Under the pieces are notes generated by a model. It worked only from the letters and a program-made list of their open reading frames with translations, ran no database searches and was not told the origin of the DNA. DNA of 64,000 nucleotides from Heteronotia binoei (lineage: Eukaryota): contig NC_083232.1 of assembly GCF_032191835.1 (NCBI RefSeq), forward strand, positions 868,001-932,000, in the 5' to 3' direction. Shown one piece after another: positions 35,287 to 46,934 of this stretch; within the stretch, counting starts at the first letter, position 1; each line of letters begins with the position of its first letter. The position numbers and the translations under genes are program-made.

Positions 35287-37351
35287 CATAAAGTCAATGT
35301 CTTTGTGCTAAGTTTGCATGTCATCGTAAACCAGACTGTTTTACAGAGAAATTTGCAGCTGAACCATTTTGAATTCCTTACTTACGTTTTGTGGGACCCA
35401 TCTGTAGTGATGCCTTTTCCTGTTCACCCTGGACATTTGACTGTCGATTCTTCGCCTGGCCAACCACCTTTTATTTATTCAATGTTATTTATAGTGCATC
35501 TCTCTTACATGGACTCAAGGTGCATTACAGATAGTGAATCAGTGCAAGCCACAAAACAGGGCATTCAATAACTAATGTACTAGGATATGAAAAGACAGGA
35601 AACCACTAGAAAGGACTGAAGTGTAGCATCAGCTTTCACATGACCCCTTAAGGGGTACAGCCATTTCATCCGCAGGAGCCTCCAGACAAGAAGGGAAACA
35701 CTGCAGTGGAGCCTGCAGCCGGAATCCTTCACTTCCTTCAGGGTGACCCTCTTGCCTGCCAGAAAAGCGGGAGCCACCCTGACCTCGGCAAACCATTTCG
35801 CAAGGCGGGGGCCTAGAAGTCCTGCTTTGTGTTGCCGCTACAGACTCTTAACAGCTGTCCATCTGGAGCGATAAACAAAAGGTTTTCCTCAGCTTGTTGA
35901 ACCCTAAAGTGATCACAGCTGGGGGGGCTCTGCTGGCCAGGAAGGGACCCCTGCCGCTGGAGTCATTACACTGCAGGTGGGGCACAGCTGACCCCCAGAC
36001 TAAAGAGGCCAGTTCCCCAGAGGCCAGGGCAGCCTCTGCTCTGGCATTGTGCCCCGGCTAGGCAGCCTCTCCTCAAACTCCATCCCAGTCTCCAGGAATT
36101 CCCCAGGCCAGAGTTGGTAACCCAGGCAGGTAAAAGCAGACTGACGTTTCCAGTCCATTCCCAAAGTGAAGCCTGCTCAAAGCACTTTTTTGTGCTGGCT
36201 GGCCCTAGAAGACGGGATGGGGCATGACCCCCAAGTCAGACAGAGACGTGGCTCACGTTCCCCACCTGAGCAGACAACCATGGGACCTGGTTTGCAAAGA
36301 CATCCAAGGACCCAAACCCAGCTCGAGGGGACAGACCCTGCAAGGCCTCAGCAGGTTCTCAGTGCCCAAGTCACTCTCGCCTCAGGGTAAAATCTCCTGT
36401 TTGAGCTAAGCCAAAATGAGCGTCTCTGTATGCTCTGATATGGCTGAACCAACCCCCTTCGATGCCCAGAAATGCAGGGCAAAGGAGGAGGTGCTGGTTT
36501 TGGCTTGCAGACTGGGGGGGGGGGGGTGCTGTTTTTGAATGCCCCTCTAAGTTCATTGGGGTCTTTTTAAAATACTTCCTGTAGACAAAAACCTGCCCCA
36601 TAGGAGAGAAAGGTTCTGACACTGGCTTATACATGGTTGTGAAGACAGGCCTTCTCGTGCCTGCTGGCTGATATGTTGTGCTGCCCCCAGATTTTTATGC
36701 TGTATGCTTTTATGGTTTTATATTTTAATTTGTAAGTCTGTTAACACTTTTGTTGCAAGCCGCTCTGAGCACACTTGCGGGAAAGGGTGGGATATAAAGC
36801 TAAAAATGAAATCTGTCACACTGCAGCTTTCTGCACAGGAGAACTCTCCTAAATGTACTTCCCTCCCAGTGCCATCTGCCCTCCGGCAGGCCCTGCCTCC
36901 GCTCTGGCCCTCCCCTGCCATCCGTCCTGCGGAGCCACTCTAGCCGAAGATGGAGCCCCCACATGCTGCTGCTGACTTCGGCCTGCTCTCCCACCCTGCA
37001 GGCTCTGCCTGGGTGCCAGGACGGCCGCTGGCGAAAAGTGGGGCATTTCAGCCAGAGCTGCGCCCAGCCCCACCTGCCCCCTCTCCGATTCCCAGCTGCG
37101 CTTCGCTTCCCGCAGATCCAGGGCTCCAAGCTAAAGGGCCAGCAGGAAGCCTTTAGGGCCAGAACAGCAAGGGAGGCCGGAACGGAAGCTGCCAATGCCT
37201 CCACCAGGTCTCTCTAGGCAATCACAAGTGGCATGCATCGCTCTCTGGGCAAAGCAAACACACCATTCACTGAGCTTCCCCTATTTCTGGGAACGCTTTG
37301 CCTTCAAAAGGGGGCAGGAAAGGGAAGGGCATTGCTTCTCAGAACAAAAGG

Positions 37352-37650
37352 AAAGGAAAGGAGAGGTCCCCCGTGCAAGCACCAGTCGTTTCCGACTCTG
37401 GGGTAACGCTGCTTTCACAACGTTTTCGCAGCAGGCTTTTTACGGGGTGGTTTGCCATTGCCTTCCCCGGTCATCTATGCTTTCCCCCCAGCAAGCTGGG
37501 GACTCATTTGACCGACCTCGGAAGGATGGAAGGCTGAGTCAACCTTGGGCTGGCTACCTGAACCCAGCTTCCGCTGGGCTTGAACTCAAGTCATGAGCAG
37601 AGAGTTCAGACCACAGTACTGCTGCTTTACCACTCTGCACCACGGGGCCG
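37352..37650 (-). mobile_element. Sauria SINE
   Basis: Family sequence. Flanked by agaacaaaagg at 37341-37351 and 37655-37665. Confidence 0.85.
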
Positions 37651-37737
37651 CTCTAGAACAAAAGGGGGGGGCTTAATCCACTCTAGAACAAAAGGGGGGG
37701 CTTAATCCACTCTAGAACAAAAGGGGGGCTTAATCCA
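37651..37737. repeat. Three-copy minisatellite (30/29/28 bp)
   Basis: ctctagaacaaaa(g)ncttaatcca with n = 8, 7, 6. Confidence 0.9.
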
Positions 37738-37883
37738 AACTGAATTGCTTCTCAGCATGGGATTTGGTGACCCCCTCCCCCCCCCCATACATGACTGTCA
37801 ATCACTCAGCTGACTCACCCAGTGGGGAGGGACCAGCAACTAGTTTGGGCTCCTCCAGCCCACATTTTGTGGGAGCCCAGAGA

Positions 37884-38366
37884 GAAGAAGAAGAAGTTGA
37901 TATTGGATTTATATCCCGCCCTCCACTCCGAAGAGTCTCAGAGCGGCTCACAATCTCCTTTACCTTCCTCCCCCACAACAGACACCCTGTGAGGTAGATG
38001 AAGATATTGGATTTATATTCCGCCCTCCACTCCGAAGAGTCTCAGAGCGGCTCACAATCTCCTTTCCCTTCCTCCCCCTCAACAGACACCCTGTGAGGTA
38101 GATGAAGATACTGGATTTATATCCCGCCCTCCACTCCGAAGAGTCTCAGAGCGGCTCACAATCTCCTTTACCTTCCTCCCCCACAACAGACACCCTGTGA
38201 GGTGGGTGGGGCTGGAGAGGGCTCTCACAGCAGCTGCCCTTTCAAGGACAATCTCTGCCAGAGCTATGGCTGACCCAAGGCCATGCTAGCAGGTGCAAGT
38301 GGAGGAGTGGGGAATCAAACCCGGTTCTCCCAGATAAGAGTCCACACGCTTAACCACTACACCAAA
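37884..38366 (-). repeat. Squam3-like SINE with its 104-bp tail segment present three times
   Basis: gata(t/c)tggatttatat starts at 37899, 38003 and 38107. Confidence 0.9.
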
Positions 38367-38629
38367 CTTGATCTCCAAACTTGCTCACCGAAGGATTCAA
38401 AAGCCACAGCGGAAGCAGCCCCTGGCAACACCCTGCCCCACACCCTCATGCCACCCATAGGGGGAGGAGATCTCAGGCCCCATAGAGCTGGGGGAAGTGC
38501 AGAGGAGGGCGGGCAACCAAGAGGATGAGGGGGTTGCAGCCCCTCCCCTCGGGGAAGAGGCTGATGGGACTTTTCACTTTTAAACAAAGACGACTAAGTA
38601 GGGGACACGAGAGAGATTTATAAAATTAT

Positions 38630-40980
38630 GCCCGGGGTCAGAGGTTGTTTTATAGAAAAATAGCAGATATTGTCAACCTATTCCCGGCTTCCGGGGCATT
38701 TCCAGCCAAGCTTAAAGGGGTGGTTCGCCCACTTTTTAAAAAACCATCCTTGGATCCACTGATCCTACCCAATTACCGCTCAGTTTCAAACCTTCCATTT
38801 CTGGGCAAGCCATGGCAGAGCAGTTCCAGGCCTTCCTGGAGGAGACATCCGTCCTCAATCCCTTCCAGTCCAGCTTCCCCCCTGGTCATGGGACAGAGAC
38901 GGTCTTGGTCACCCTCACAGATGATCTCAGAAGGCGTTTGGATCAAGGCGGGTCAGCAATGCTTTTAGATCTATCAGCAGCATTTGACATGGTCATGACC
39001 TAACGTCTCACTGCCTTGCCAACACTGGAGTTCAGGGGATTGCCTTAAAGTGGTTCTCCTCCTTTCTCCGTGGCCGGGGACAAAGGGTGGCACTTGGCGA
39101 GCAGACCTCCCTGCGGCGCCTGCTAGAATGCAGTGTACCTCAGGGAGCTATTCTCTCCCCAATGATGTTTAACATCTACATGCGCCCCCTTGCCCAGATT
39201 GCCCGAGGTTTTGGGCTGGGTTGTCATCAATATGCGGATAACACCCAGCTCTATCTGCTGATGGACAGCCACCCAGACTCCGCCCCGATCATCTGACTTT
39301 AGCCTTAGAAGCTGTGGCGGGTTGGTTGGGGCAAAGTTGGTTGACCACAGCACTGGTATTTGAACTCATCCCAGTAACCACACCATTGGGATTCTAGGGA
39401 ATGCAACTGAACACAATGTTTTGAAATGTACAACATCGTATGAATTGTTTTAATGGTTTTATTGTGGTTTTATTTTGTGCTTTGTTGTTTTAATCGTTGT
39501 TAGTCGCCCTGAGCCGTCAGGGAAGGGCGGGATACAAATGTAATAAATAAATAAGCTTAATCCAGCTAAGACAGAGGTCCTGTATCTGGGCCGGGAGGGC
39601 GGGGCGGGGTTAGGATTGGGAATCCAGCTGCAACCCTGGACAGGGCATCTTTAGTGCCAGCTCAGAAGGTGGAGAGCTTGGGAGTGATGCTGGATGCCTG
39701 ACTTCCAGTGGAATAAGCAGAAACAAGGGCGACACAGCAGCAGCGAAATATCCTTAAACTGTGCCAAAAGTACCAAATGCTTAATACAAAATGCAAAAAT
39801 TGCATCTGTTATGTGCATAAGCATCCAGAACATACATGAGTATTAAAAATATATTAGTCCAATAAGCAAAGTCCCATGCAGAAAGATTCCATTTCATAGG
39901 GTGACTCCAAAGCAACTCATAGTCACCCTATGAGATGGAATGTTTCTGCACCGGACTTTGCTTATTGGACTAATATATTTTGAATACTCATGTATGTTTT
40001 GGATGTTTATGAACTCTCATAATAGATACAATTTTTGCATTTTGTATTAAGTGTTTGGTATTTTTGGTGGTTGTTTTTGGATATCTCCACTTCCAATGGA
40101 GGCCCAGGTCACAGCGGTTGCTCCATCTGCCTTTTATCATCTTTGGCAGGCCAGGCAGCTGGGGCCCTATCTATCCCCCCAGGACCTAGCTACAGTGATC
40201 CATGCAATGGTCACTTCCAGGTTGGATTACTGTAACTCGCTCTACGCAGGCTTGCCCTTGAGACTGATCTGGAAACTCCAGCTGCTGCAGCCGCTTGTGA
40301 GCGCTCTGAGACTCTGATTCAGAGAGAAGGGCGGGGTATAAATCTACAGTCCACAGAATGCAGCAGCTCAGCTGCTGATAACAGTGCCTAGCTGGGCACA
40401 TATCCAGCCGGAATTGTTCAAACTGCACTGGCTACCAATTGAGTACTGGATCCGTTTCAAGGTCTTAACTTTTAAAGCCTTAACACAGCCTGGGACCGAC
40501 ATATCTACAGGCCTGCCTTTCCCCATATGTGCCCCAGAGAACACTACGATCTGGCTGACCGTCCTTGGCCCAAAGAGCGCCTGACTAGCCTCAACCAGGG
40601 GCAGGGCGTTTTCAGCCTTGGCCCCCGCCTGGTGGATTCAGCTCCCTTTAGAGATCCAGGCCCTTAGTGAATTGTTACCTTTTAGTAGGGCATGCAAGTT
40701 GGAGCTATTCCGCCAAGCTTTTGGTTGGGGGAGTGGGCGTCCCGTTCTATCAGCTGGCCCTGTGCTGCGACACCACCTCTCCTCAAATACGGGTTTTATA
40801 CTATATGCTGCTTGAGACTCTCCGTATATTATGATGTGCCCAAGTGAGCCGCCAAACTGTATGGTTCACTTTTACTGGTTTTAATTGTTGTTTTATGCTG
40901 TTTCTAAAACGTTGTTTTCCACCTTGAGCCCATTGGGGAAAGGGCAGAATATAAATTATATAAATAAAATAAATAAAAAT
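38630..40980 (+). mobile_element. Fragmented L2 LINE RT pieces with insertions
   Basis: KKPSLDP...NYRSVSNLPFLGK, HGTETVLV, LDLSAAFD, VPQGAILSP, HQYADNTQLY and SRLDYCNSLYAGLP motifs. L2 tails lie near 39500 and 40930. Confidence 0.85.
39764..40067. repeat. Foldback inverted repeat (~145-bp arms, 14-nt loop)
   Basis: Arm 39764-39906 pairs with arm 39921-40067. Loop ccaaagcaactcat. Confidence 0.85.
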
Positions 40981-40999
40981 AGGTGGTGGAGCTCATTAG

Positions 41000-41280
41000 A
41001 AGAAGAAGAAGAAGATGATATTGGATTTATATCCCGCCCTCCACTCCGAAGAGTCTCAGAGTGGCTCACAATCTCCTTTACCTTCCTCCCCTACAACAAA
41101 CACCCTGTGAGGTGGGTGGGGCTGGAGAGGGCTCTCACAGCAGCTGCCCTTTCAAGGACAACCTCTGCCAGAGCTATGGCTGACCCAAGGCCATTCCAGC
41201 AGCTGCAAGTGGAGGAGTAGGGAATCAAACGCGGTTCTCCCAGATAAGAGTCCGCACACTTTAACCACTACACCAAACTT
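41000..41280 (-). mobile_element. Squam3-like SINE inserted in a probable non-autonomous DNA transposon
   Basis: Family sequence. The flanks ggtggtggagctcattag | cataactcattagcatatg read as one interrupted repeat. Confidence 0.8.
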
Positions 41281-43591
41281 AGCATAACTCATTAGCATAT
41301 GCTGTCCCCCCCCCCATAGCCAAAAGCAACCCAATGCAAGAAAGGAGAGCCCCAGGTGAGCGAGGCCTGCTTAGGCTGGCTAGAGATCCAGTCAACCCAA
41401 GCAGGCCTCACTCGCCTGGGGCTCTCGGGCTGCCTCCCCCAGTCAAAAGGCCAGCTGCAGCAAGCCACCCGCCACTCAAAATCGCATAAGAAGTGGAGAA
41501 AGTGTGGTGCCGGCTTCTCCAGGGGTTCATGAGGGCCGCTGGGTGGCAAAGCTCCTGATGGCTGGCTGGCTGGCTGCCCACTCTCCTAATCCAGGGATTG
41601 TTATGCAGCTGCACCTCCTATTCAATGGACAAGGTGGGTGGGAAGGAGGAGAGGGAACCCTCAGAAAGGTTCAGGAGCTGTGCTCCTGTTGAATCTAAAG
41701 CCAGCCTGGTGTGGAGGGTGTGGCTAGAGGCATTTTCCTCCTCCTCTCAGAAGACGGGCCCTAGAGGGCATCCCATGAAGCTGGGGGGCAGCAGGTTCAA
41801 GATGGACGAGAGGAAAGACTTCTTGACACCGAGAGAGATTCGAAGGTGGGACTGGCTGCCGGAGGACGTCGAGGGAGCAAAGGGCACAGACAGATTCCTG
41901 AAGTGAATCCGTGGCTCTCCATGGCACCTGGCCAGGCTAGCTAACGAGAACCTCCAACACTGAGGCAGCCGGCCTCTGAAGCCCAGACCCAGAAGGCAGA
42001 TCTTCCCCATGCGCAAACGGAGGTCATCTCTTGCACCACCTCGATATGCGTGCAAGACCTGCAGACGGCTCGTTCTTTTTGCTCTTTTGTGAAGACTGTT
42101 TGGCTTCACTTATTACAACCTGCCTCCTCTGAGTCTCTTCCCTGCAAGCTGTACAGCAAGGGCAGCAGCACACAGTCGGCTGTAAGGTCCTTTCTAGGGT
42201 TCCCATCCTGCCAGCTTGCTATTGCTCTAATGCTGTACTAGAATGAGACCTTCAGCCTTGGAGAAGGCATTTGTCTCCTTAGGTCACTTCTCCAAGCCAG
42301 GCCAGCTGGCAGCTTGGAGAAGGCATTTAAAGATAGCGTTGCTTTCTTTCCACCCCTCCCATCTCTTTCCCTTCTTTGTGGCTCTCAAGCATCTGATGTT
42401 TATTCTGTGTGGCTCTTACGTGAAGCCAGTCTGGCCACGCCTGGTCTGGACGTTCTTGGAAGGTCCCTCCGTGGTGGTAGCCGCTGGTTAGCAGGGTGCT
42501 TTCCAGGGAATGACGGTTCTAAGGGAGTTCCTCAAGCAATGAAAGATGCCCTTTCCTTCCTTCCTGGACAGTCATTCTGCGTTATCCACTCTGAAGTCCC
42601 CATGGGAAAGGCAGACTTTCAACATAAGACAAATCCCCTCTCTGGGATCTGGTTGCCAGGCACAGAAGACAAAGGCACATCACACAGATGTTTTAATTCA
42701 TCTCATTTCCTCAAATGATCGTCTGCTTCACTCTGCAGTCCAGTTCCCAAGGTACAGACACGCCCCCCCCCCCCCCCCGGTGTTTAAACGCACTTAGGTC
42801 ACACGTCACACATGACAGGCGGCAGCCTTATTTGGAAGGAAGACCTGATTTAAGCATGATGCTGACAAGTCAAAAAACTTTCCCACAGGGCTCTTCATTT
42901 AGATTAATCGTTTAACACATTTACAAACTTGCCTTTTCCCCAGATAATTCACCTCCCAAGGTGGGCGAGAATGACAAAAACTGGACAAAACACTGGTCTT
43001 AAAAACCCACACCTAGCGCAGTTTCCCGTGTAAAGCAGGTGGGTACCTGTGCAGGCGGCTGTGTGCACAGCAGCGGCCTCGTGTCCACAAGACGCCACGC
43101 AGGGGCCATGCCTCATGGGGAAGGGGCTCTGCTCTGCCTCACTAGACTCATGTTCAAATCAGGCCTAACTCGGTTTTAGGCGCGCTTCAGACCACACTCC
43201 AAGGCATAAGAGGCAAAACAAAAACGAAATCCATTTCTATGGCCCTCTTACAACTGGGTGGAGCATCTCCCAAATTTGCACTGGGGAGAAGCCAAGAGAA
43301 ACCCCTGGAAAAGAGGTACTTTGCACCCAGCTCGGGATGGAAAACTGTTTCAGAGAACCACAGCTGGTCATCCCACTGCTGGCTTCCATGGGGAGACAGC
43401 CCAATCCACTCCATGCAGTGGGTCTCACACCTTCAGAGCCAGAAGGAGACACTGTGGGCCCTACAGGACTCCTCACATAAATCTTAGGGGGAGGGGAAGG
43501 CAGACCCCCTCCCTCTTCCTCCTCCTCGCTCCCGTAACAGGCTATCCAAAGGCAAAAACTGGCAATTGTTGTCCCAATTTCCAACCAGCGT

Positions 43592-45291
43592 CTACAACCC
43601 TTCCGCTTCCGCAGTCAGGGTGGGGCCCTGGCGAGCCTCTTTCTTGTGCACCCGCTGGTGCTTGGTGAGGTGATGTTTCTGGACAAAGCACTTCCCGCAC
43701 TCGGCGCACGGGTAGGGCTTCTCCCCCGTGTGGTGGCGCTGGTGCCGCACCAGGTTGGGCTTCTGGCTGAAGCTCTTCCCGCACTCCCCGCACTGATAGG
43801 GCCTCTCGCCGGTGTGGATGCGCTGGTGGATGGTGAGAGCCGACCAGGAGACAAAGGCCTTCCCGCACTCATTGCAGATGTACTGCTTCTGCTCAAGGGG
43901 GGGCAGCTTGGGGACCTCCGGCTTCCAGAAGACGCCCTTCTTGGTTTGGGACAGAGCCTGTGGCCGAGTGCCAGGCTCCACAATCAGGACCGGCTGCCCA
44001 TCCACCTCGCTTGAGGGGCTCAGGAGGTCTGGGGGCTGGAGGGTCCTCGGGCCACTGGCAATCAGGGGGCCCCTCCTCTCTCCCGGCAGGCCGAGCGGAA
44101 GACACCCCTTCTCCCCCAGCAGCCCTGCGGCCAAGAGGTCAGTCCCCCCGTGGCCGGCCCGCTGGTGCACCGTGAGCACCCCCTTGGTGGGGAAGCTCTG
44201 CCCACAGGCGTGGCACTGGAAGCCTTTCTCTGCCAGGTGGGTGCGCTGGTGCTTCACCAGGTGCTGCTTCTGGGTGAAGCCTTTCCCACACTGGGCACAC
44301 GAGTGTGGCCGCTCGCCGCTGTGGTAGCGGAGGTGCCGCAAGAGGTTGGGCTTCTGGGTGAAGCTCTTCCCACACTCCGTGCAGGGGAAGGGCTTCTCTC
44401 CAGTGTGGATGCGCTGGTGGATGCTGAGGGAAGACCACCAGGTGAAGCCCTTGCCGCACTCGCTACAGATGAACTTCTTCACTCCCCGTCGCCGGCCCTT
44501 GGGCCGCACCCCCCAGCTGAGGCCCCCCCGGGCCTCCTCCCGCTGCCGCGCCACCGTCTCCTTATAGGCCTTCTTCAGCTCCTGGAAGACCAGCTGGCGG
44601 TGGTGGGCGTGGAGACGCCGGTGCAGCTGCAGGACGGCCTTGTTGCTGAAGCTGCGCTGGCATTCCGGGCAGGTGTGGGGGCTGGGCCGGGCCCGGACGT
44701 GGGTCCGCTGGTGCTTCACCAGGTGCTGCTTCTGCCGGAAGCTTCTCTCACACCGGGCACACTTGAAGGGCCGCTCCCCGGTGTGGTTGCGCTGGTGGCA
44801 CAGCAAGTTGGGCTTCTGGCTGAAGCCGCGCCCGCAGGTCTTGCACGCGAAGGGCTTCTCACCTGTGTGAGTCCGCTTGTGAATGTTCAAGGAGGAGCGC
44901 CAGGCAAAACGCTTCCCGCACTCCTTGCAGGCGAAGTCGCCCTCCGCCACACACTCCCTTCGGCTCGCCTTGCCCTCCCCCACCCGGAAGACCACCTCCT
45001 TGTCAGGCTGCCCATCACCCACCACGTTCTGCCCCGACTTCTTGGCATCGCAGAGATGGTCTCCTTGGCCAAAGTCGTCTTCTTCACCTAATGAGAGCCC
45101 TGCTGGGGACGGCTGGGGCTCCAGCGCTCTGCGGAGCCGCAACAGACTCCTCTCCCTCCTCCTCCTCCTCCTCCTCCCAGCTTGTGGGCAGAGGCCGTCT
45201 CGCCCAGCAGGCCTTCTGGGGGCTCCACTTAGTTGCCCTCTGTCTCCTTCCAGACAATGCTCCCTCTGGATTTTAGCCATGGAGGGGGCCC
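43592..45291 (-). CDS. ZNF775: Zinc finger protein 775, terminal exon (11 C2H2 fingers, 4+4+3)
   Basis: Strong acceptor tctgctttgctcttacAG|. Three clusters repeat the W.SSL/WSAL, QKPNL and QKQHL/QKHHL helices that I recall as the ZNF775 signature. TAG at 43592-43594. Confidence 0.88.
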
Positions 45292-45479
45292 CTGTAAGAG
45301 CAAAGCAGACACATTTTCAGAGGGAGCAAAAGCATCCATTAAGTGAGAGATTTCGACCAGTGAATGAAGCTGCGGCCACTGCGCAAGTAGGACTGGACTG
45401 GGCACCTGATTGGTCAGCTCAGCCACAGGGAGCTGCAAGAAGAAGGGCAGCAATCTTGTCTAGCGGTTAGAAGGCTAGA

Positions 45480-46660
45480 TTAGAAATAAACCTTTGCTCT
45501 GGAGTCTGGTGTGCAGTTCTGGAGAAGGATGCGGACAGAGTGGAGCAGGTGCAGAGGAGAGCAATAAGGATGACCAGGGGCCTGGAGACCAAGAAGCCCT
45601 GTGAGGAAAGGCTGAGGAGGACTTGGGAATGTTCAGTCTGGAGGTGGAGGGGGGACAGGATTATTCTCTATAATTATTTGAAGGGCTTCACTTAGAGGAG
45701 GGCAGGGAGCTGTTCCTCTTGACGGCAGAGGAGAGGAGGAGGAGGAGGACTGCAGATTTATACCCCGCCCTTCTCTCTGAATCAGAGTCTCAGAGCGGCT
45801 CACAATCTCCTATATCTCCTTCCCCCACAACAGACACCCTGTGAGGTGGGTGGGGCTGAGAGAGCTCTCCCAGAAGCTGTCCTTTCAAGGACAGCTCTGC
45901 AAGAGCTCTGGCTGACCCAAGGCCATTCCAGCAGGTGCAAGTGGAGGACTGGGGAATCAAACCTCGTTCTCCCAGATAAGAGTCCACACACTTAACCACT
46001 ACACCAAACTGGCTCTCAAGCTGGAAGGTGTTCAGAGCAGGGCAACAAAGATGGTGAGGGGTTTGGAGACCAAGTCCTATGAGGAAGGAGCTGGGCATGT
46101 TTAGCCTGGAGAGGAGGTGGCTGAGAGGTGATATGATCACCATCTTCAAGTACTTGAAGGGCTGTCATTGAGAGGATGGTGTGGAATTGTTTTCTGTGGC
46201 CCTGGAAGGCAGGACCAGAACCAGTGGGTCGAAATTAAATCAAAAGAGTTTTCAGCTCAACATTAGGAAGAACTTCCTGACAGTGGTTTCTCAGTGGAAC
46301 AGGCTTCCTTGGGAGGGGGTGGCTCTCCTTCTTTGGAGGTTTTTAAACAGAGGCTAGATGGCCATCTGAAAGCAATGCTAATTCTGTGAATTAGGAGATC
46401 ATGAGAAGGAGAGCAGGAAGAGATGTATCAGTGTTTAGTTCTCATGGCCCTTTTTTAACAGCCCAGATAAATGTTAATAACCACTTTGGGGTCAATCAGC
46501 AATTTTGCCAGGGACCCTGGAGGGGTTTTTGCCATCTTCTGGGCTTGGAGCAGGGGGCACTGGTTGTGTGGGGGGGAAGTACTTGTGAGTTTCCTGCATT
46601 GTGCAGAGGGTTGGACTAGATGGCCCTGGAGGTCCCTTCCAACTCTATGATTCTATGATC
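45480..46660 (+). mobile_element. CR1 RT end and 3' UTR pieces with an inserted Squam3-like SINE (~45740-46017, minus)
   Basis: agggcaacaaagatggtgaggggtttggag, ggactagatggccctggaggtcccttccaactctatgattctatg. Confidence 0.85.
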
Positions 46661-46835
46661 CCAGGTACCTACAGCAGGGGAGGGTGCGAGGAATGACCCC
46701 AAAGCCCAAATGCCTGGCCCTGTCTGGTGCACACAAAGGAGTCTAAAGCCATTTGGAAAGGCTGGCCTTGTAGGAGCTAGACAGCCACTTGCTCCTTATT
46801 GCCCATCCAGCTGCATCTCAGGGATGCCCACGCAC

Positions 46836-46934
46836 CTGAGCCCATGTCCAGGGGGGTCTCCTTTGCTCCCACCACTCTCGGGGTCCAGAGGCTGACCTCC
46901 TCCATCAGCTCCATCGCTTGTGACACTGGATCGC
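46836..46934 (-). CDS. ZNF775: Penultimate exon of ZNF775
   Basis: ttgccAG|...ctcag|GTgcgt. 99 nt, phase 1-1, open as DPVSQAMELMEEVSLWTPRVVGAKETPLDMGS. In-frame ATG with good Kozak at 46914 gives 592 aa with the last exon. Confidence 0.6.

Noticed and set aside
44150-45091. 313-aa plus-strand ORF (likewise 26129-26944)
   Set aside because: Antisense shadows of zinc-finger exons.
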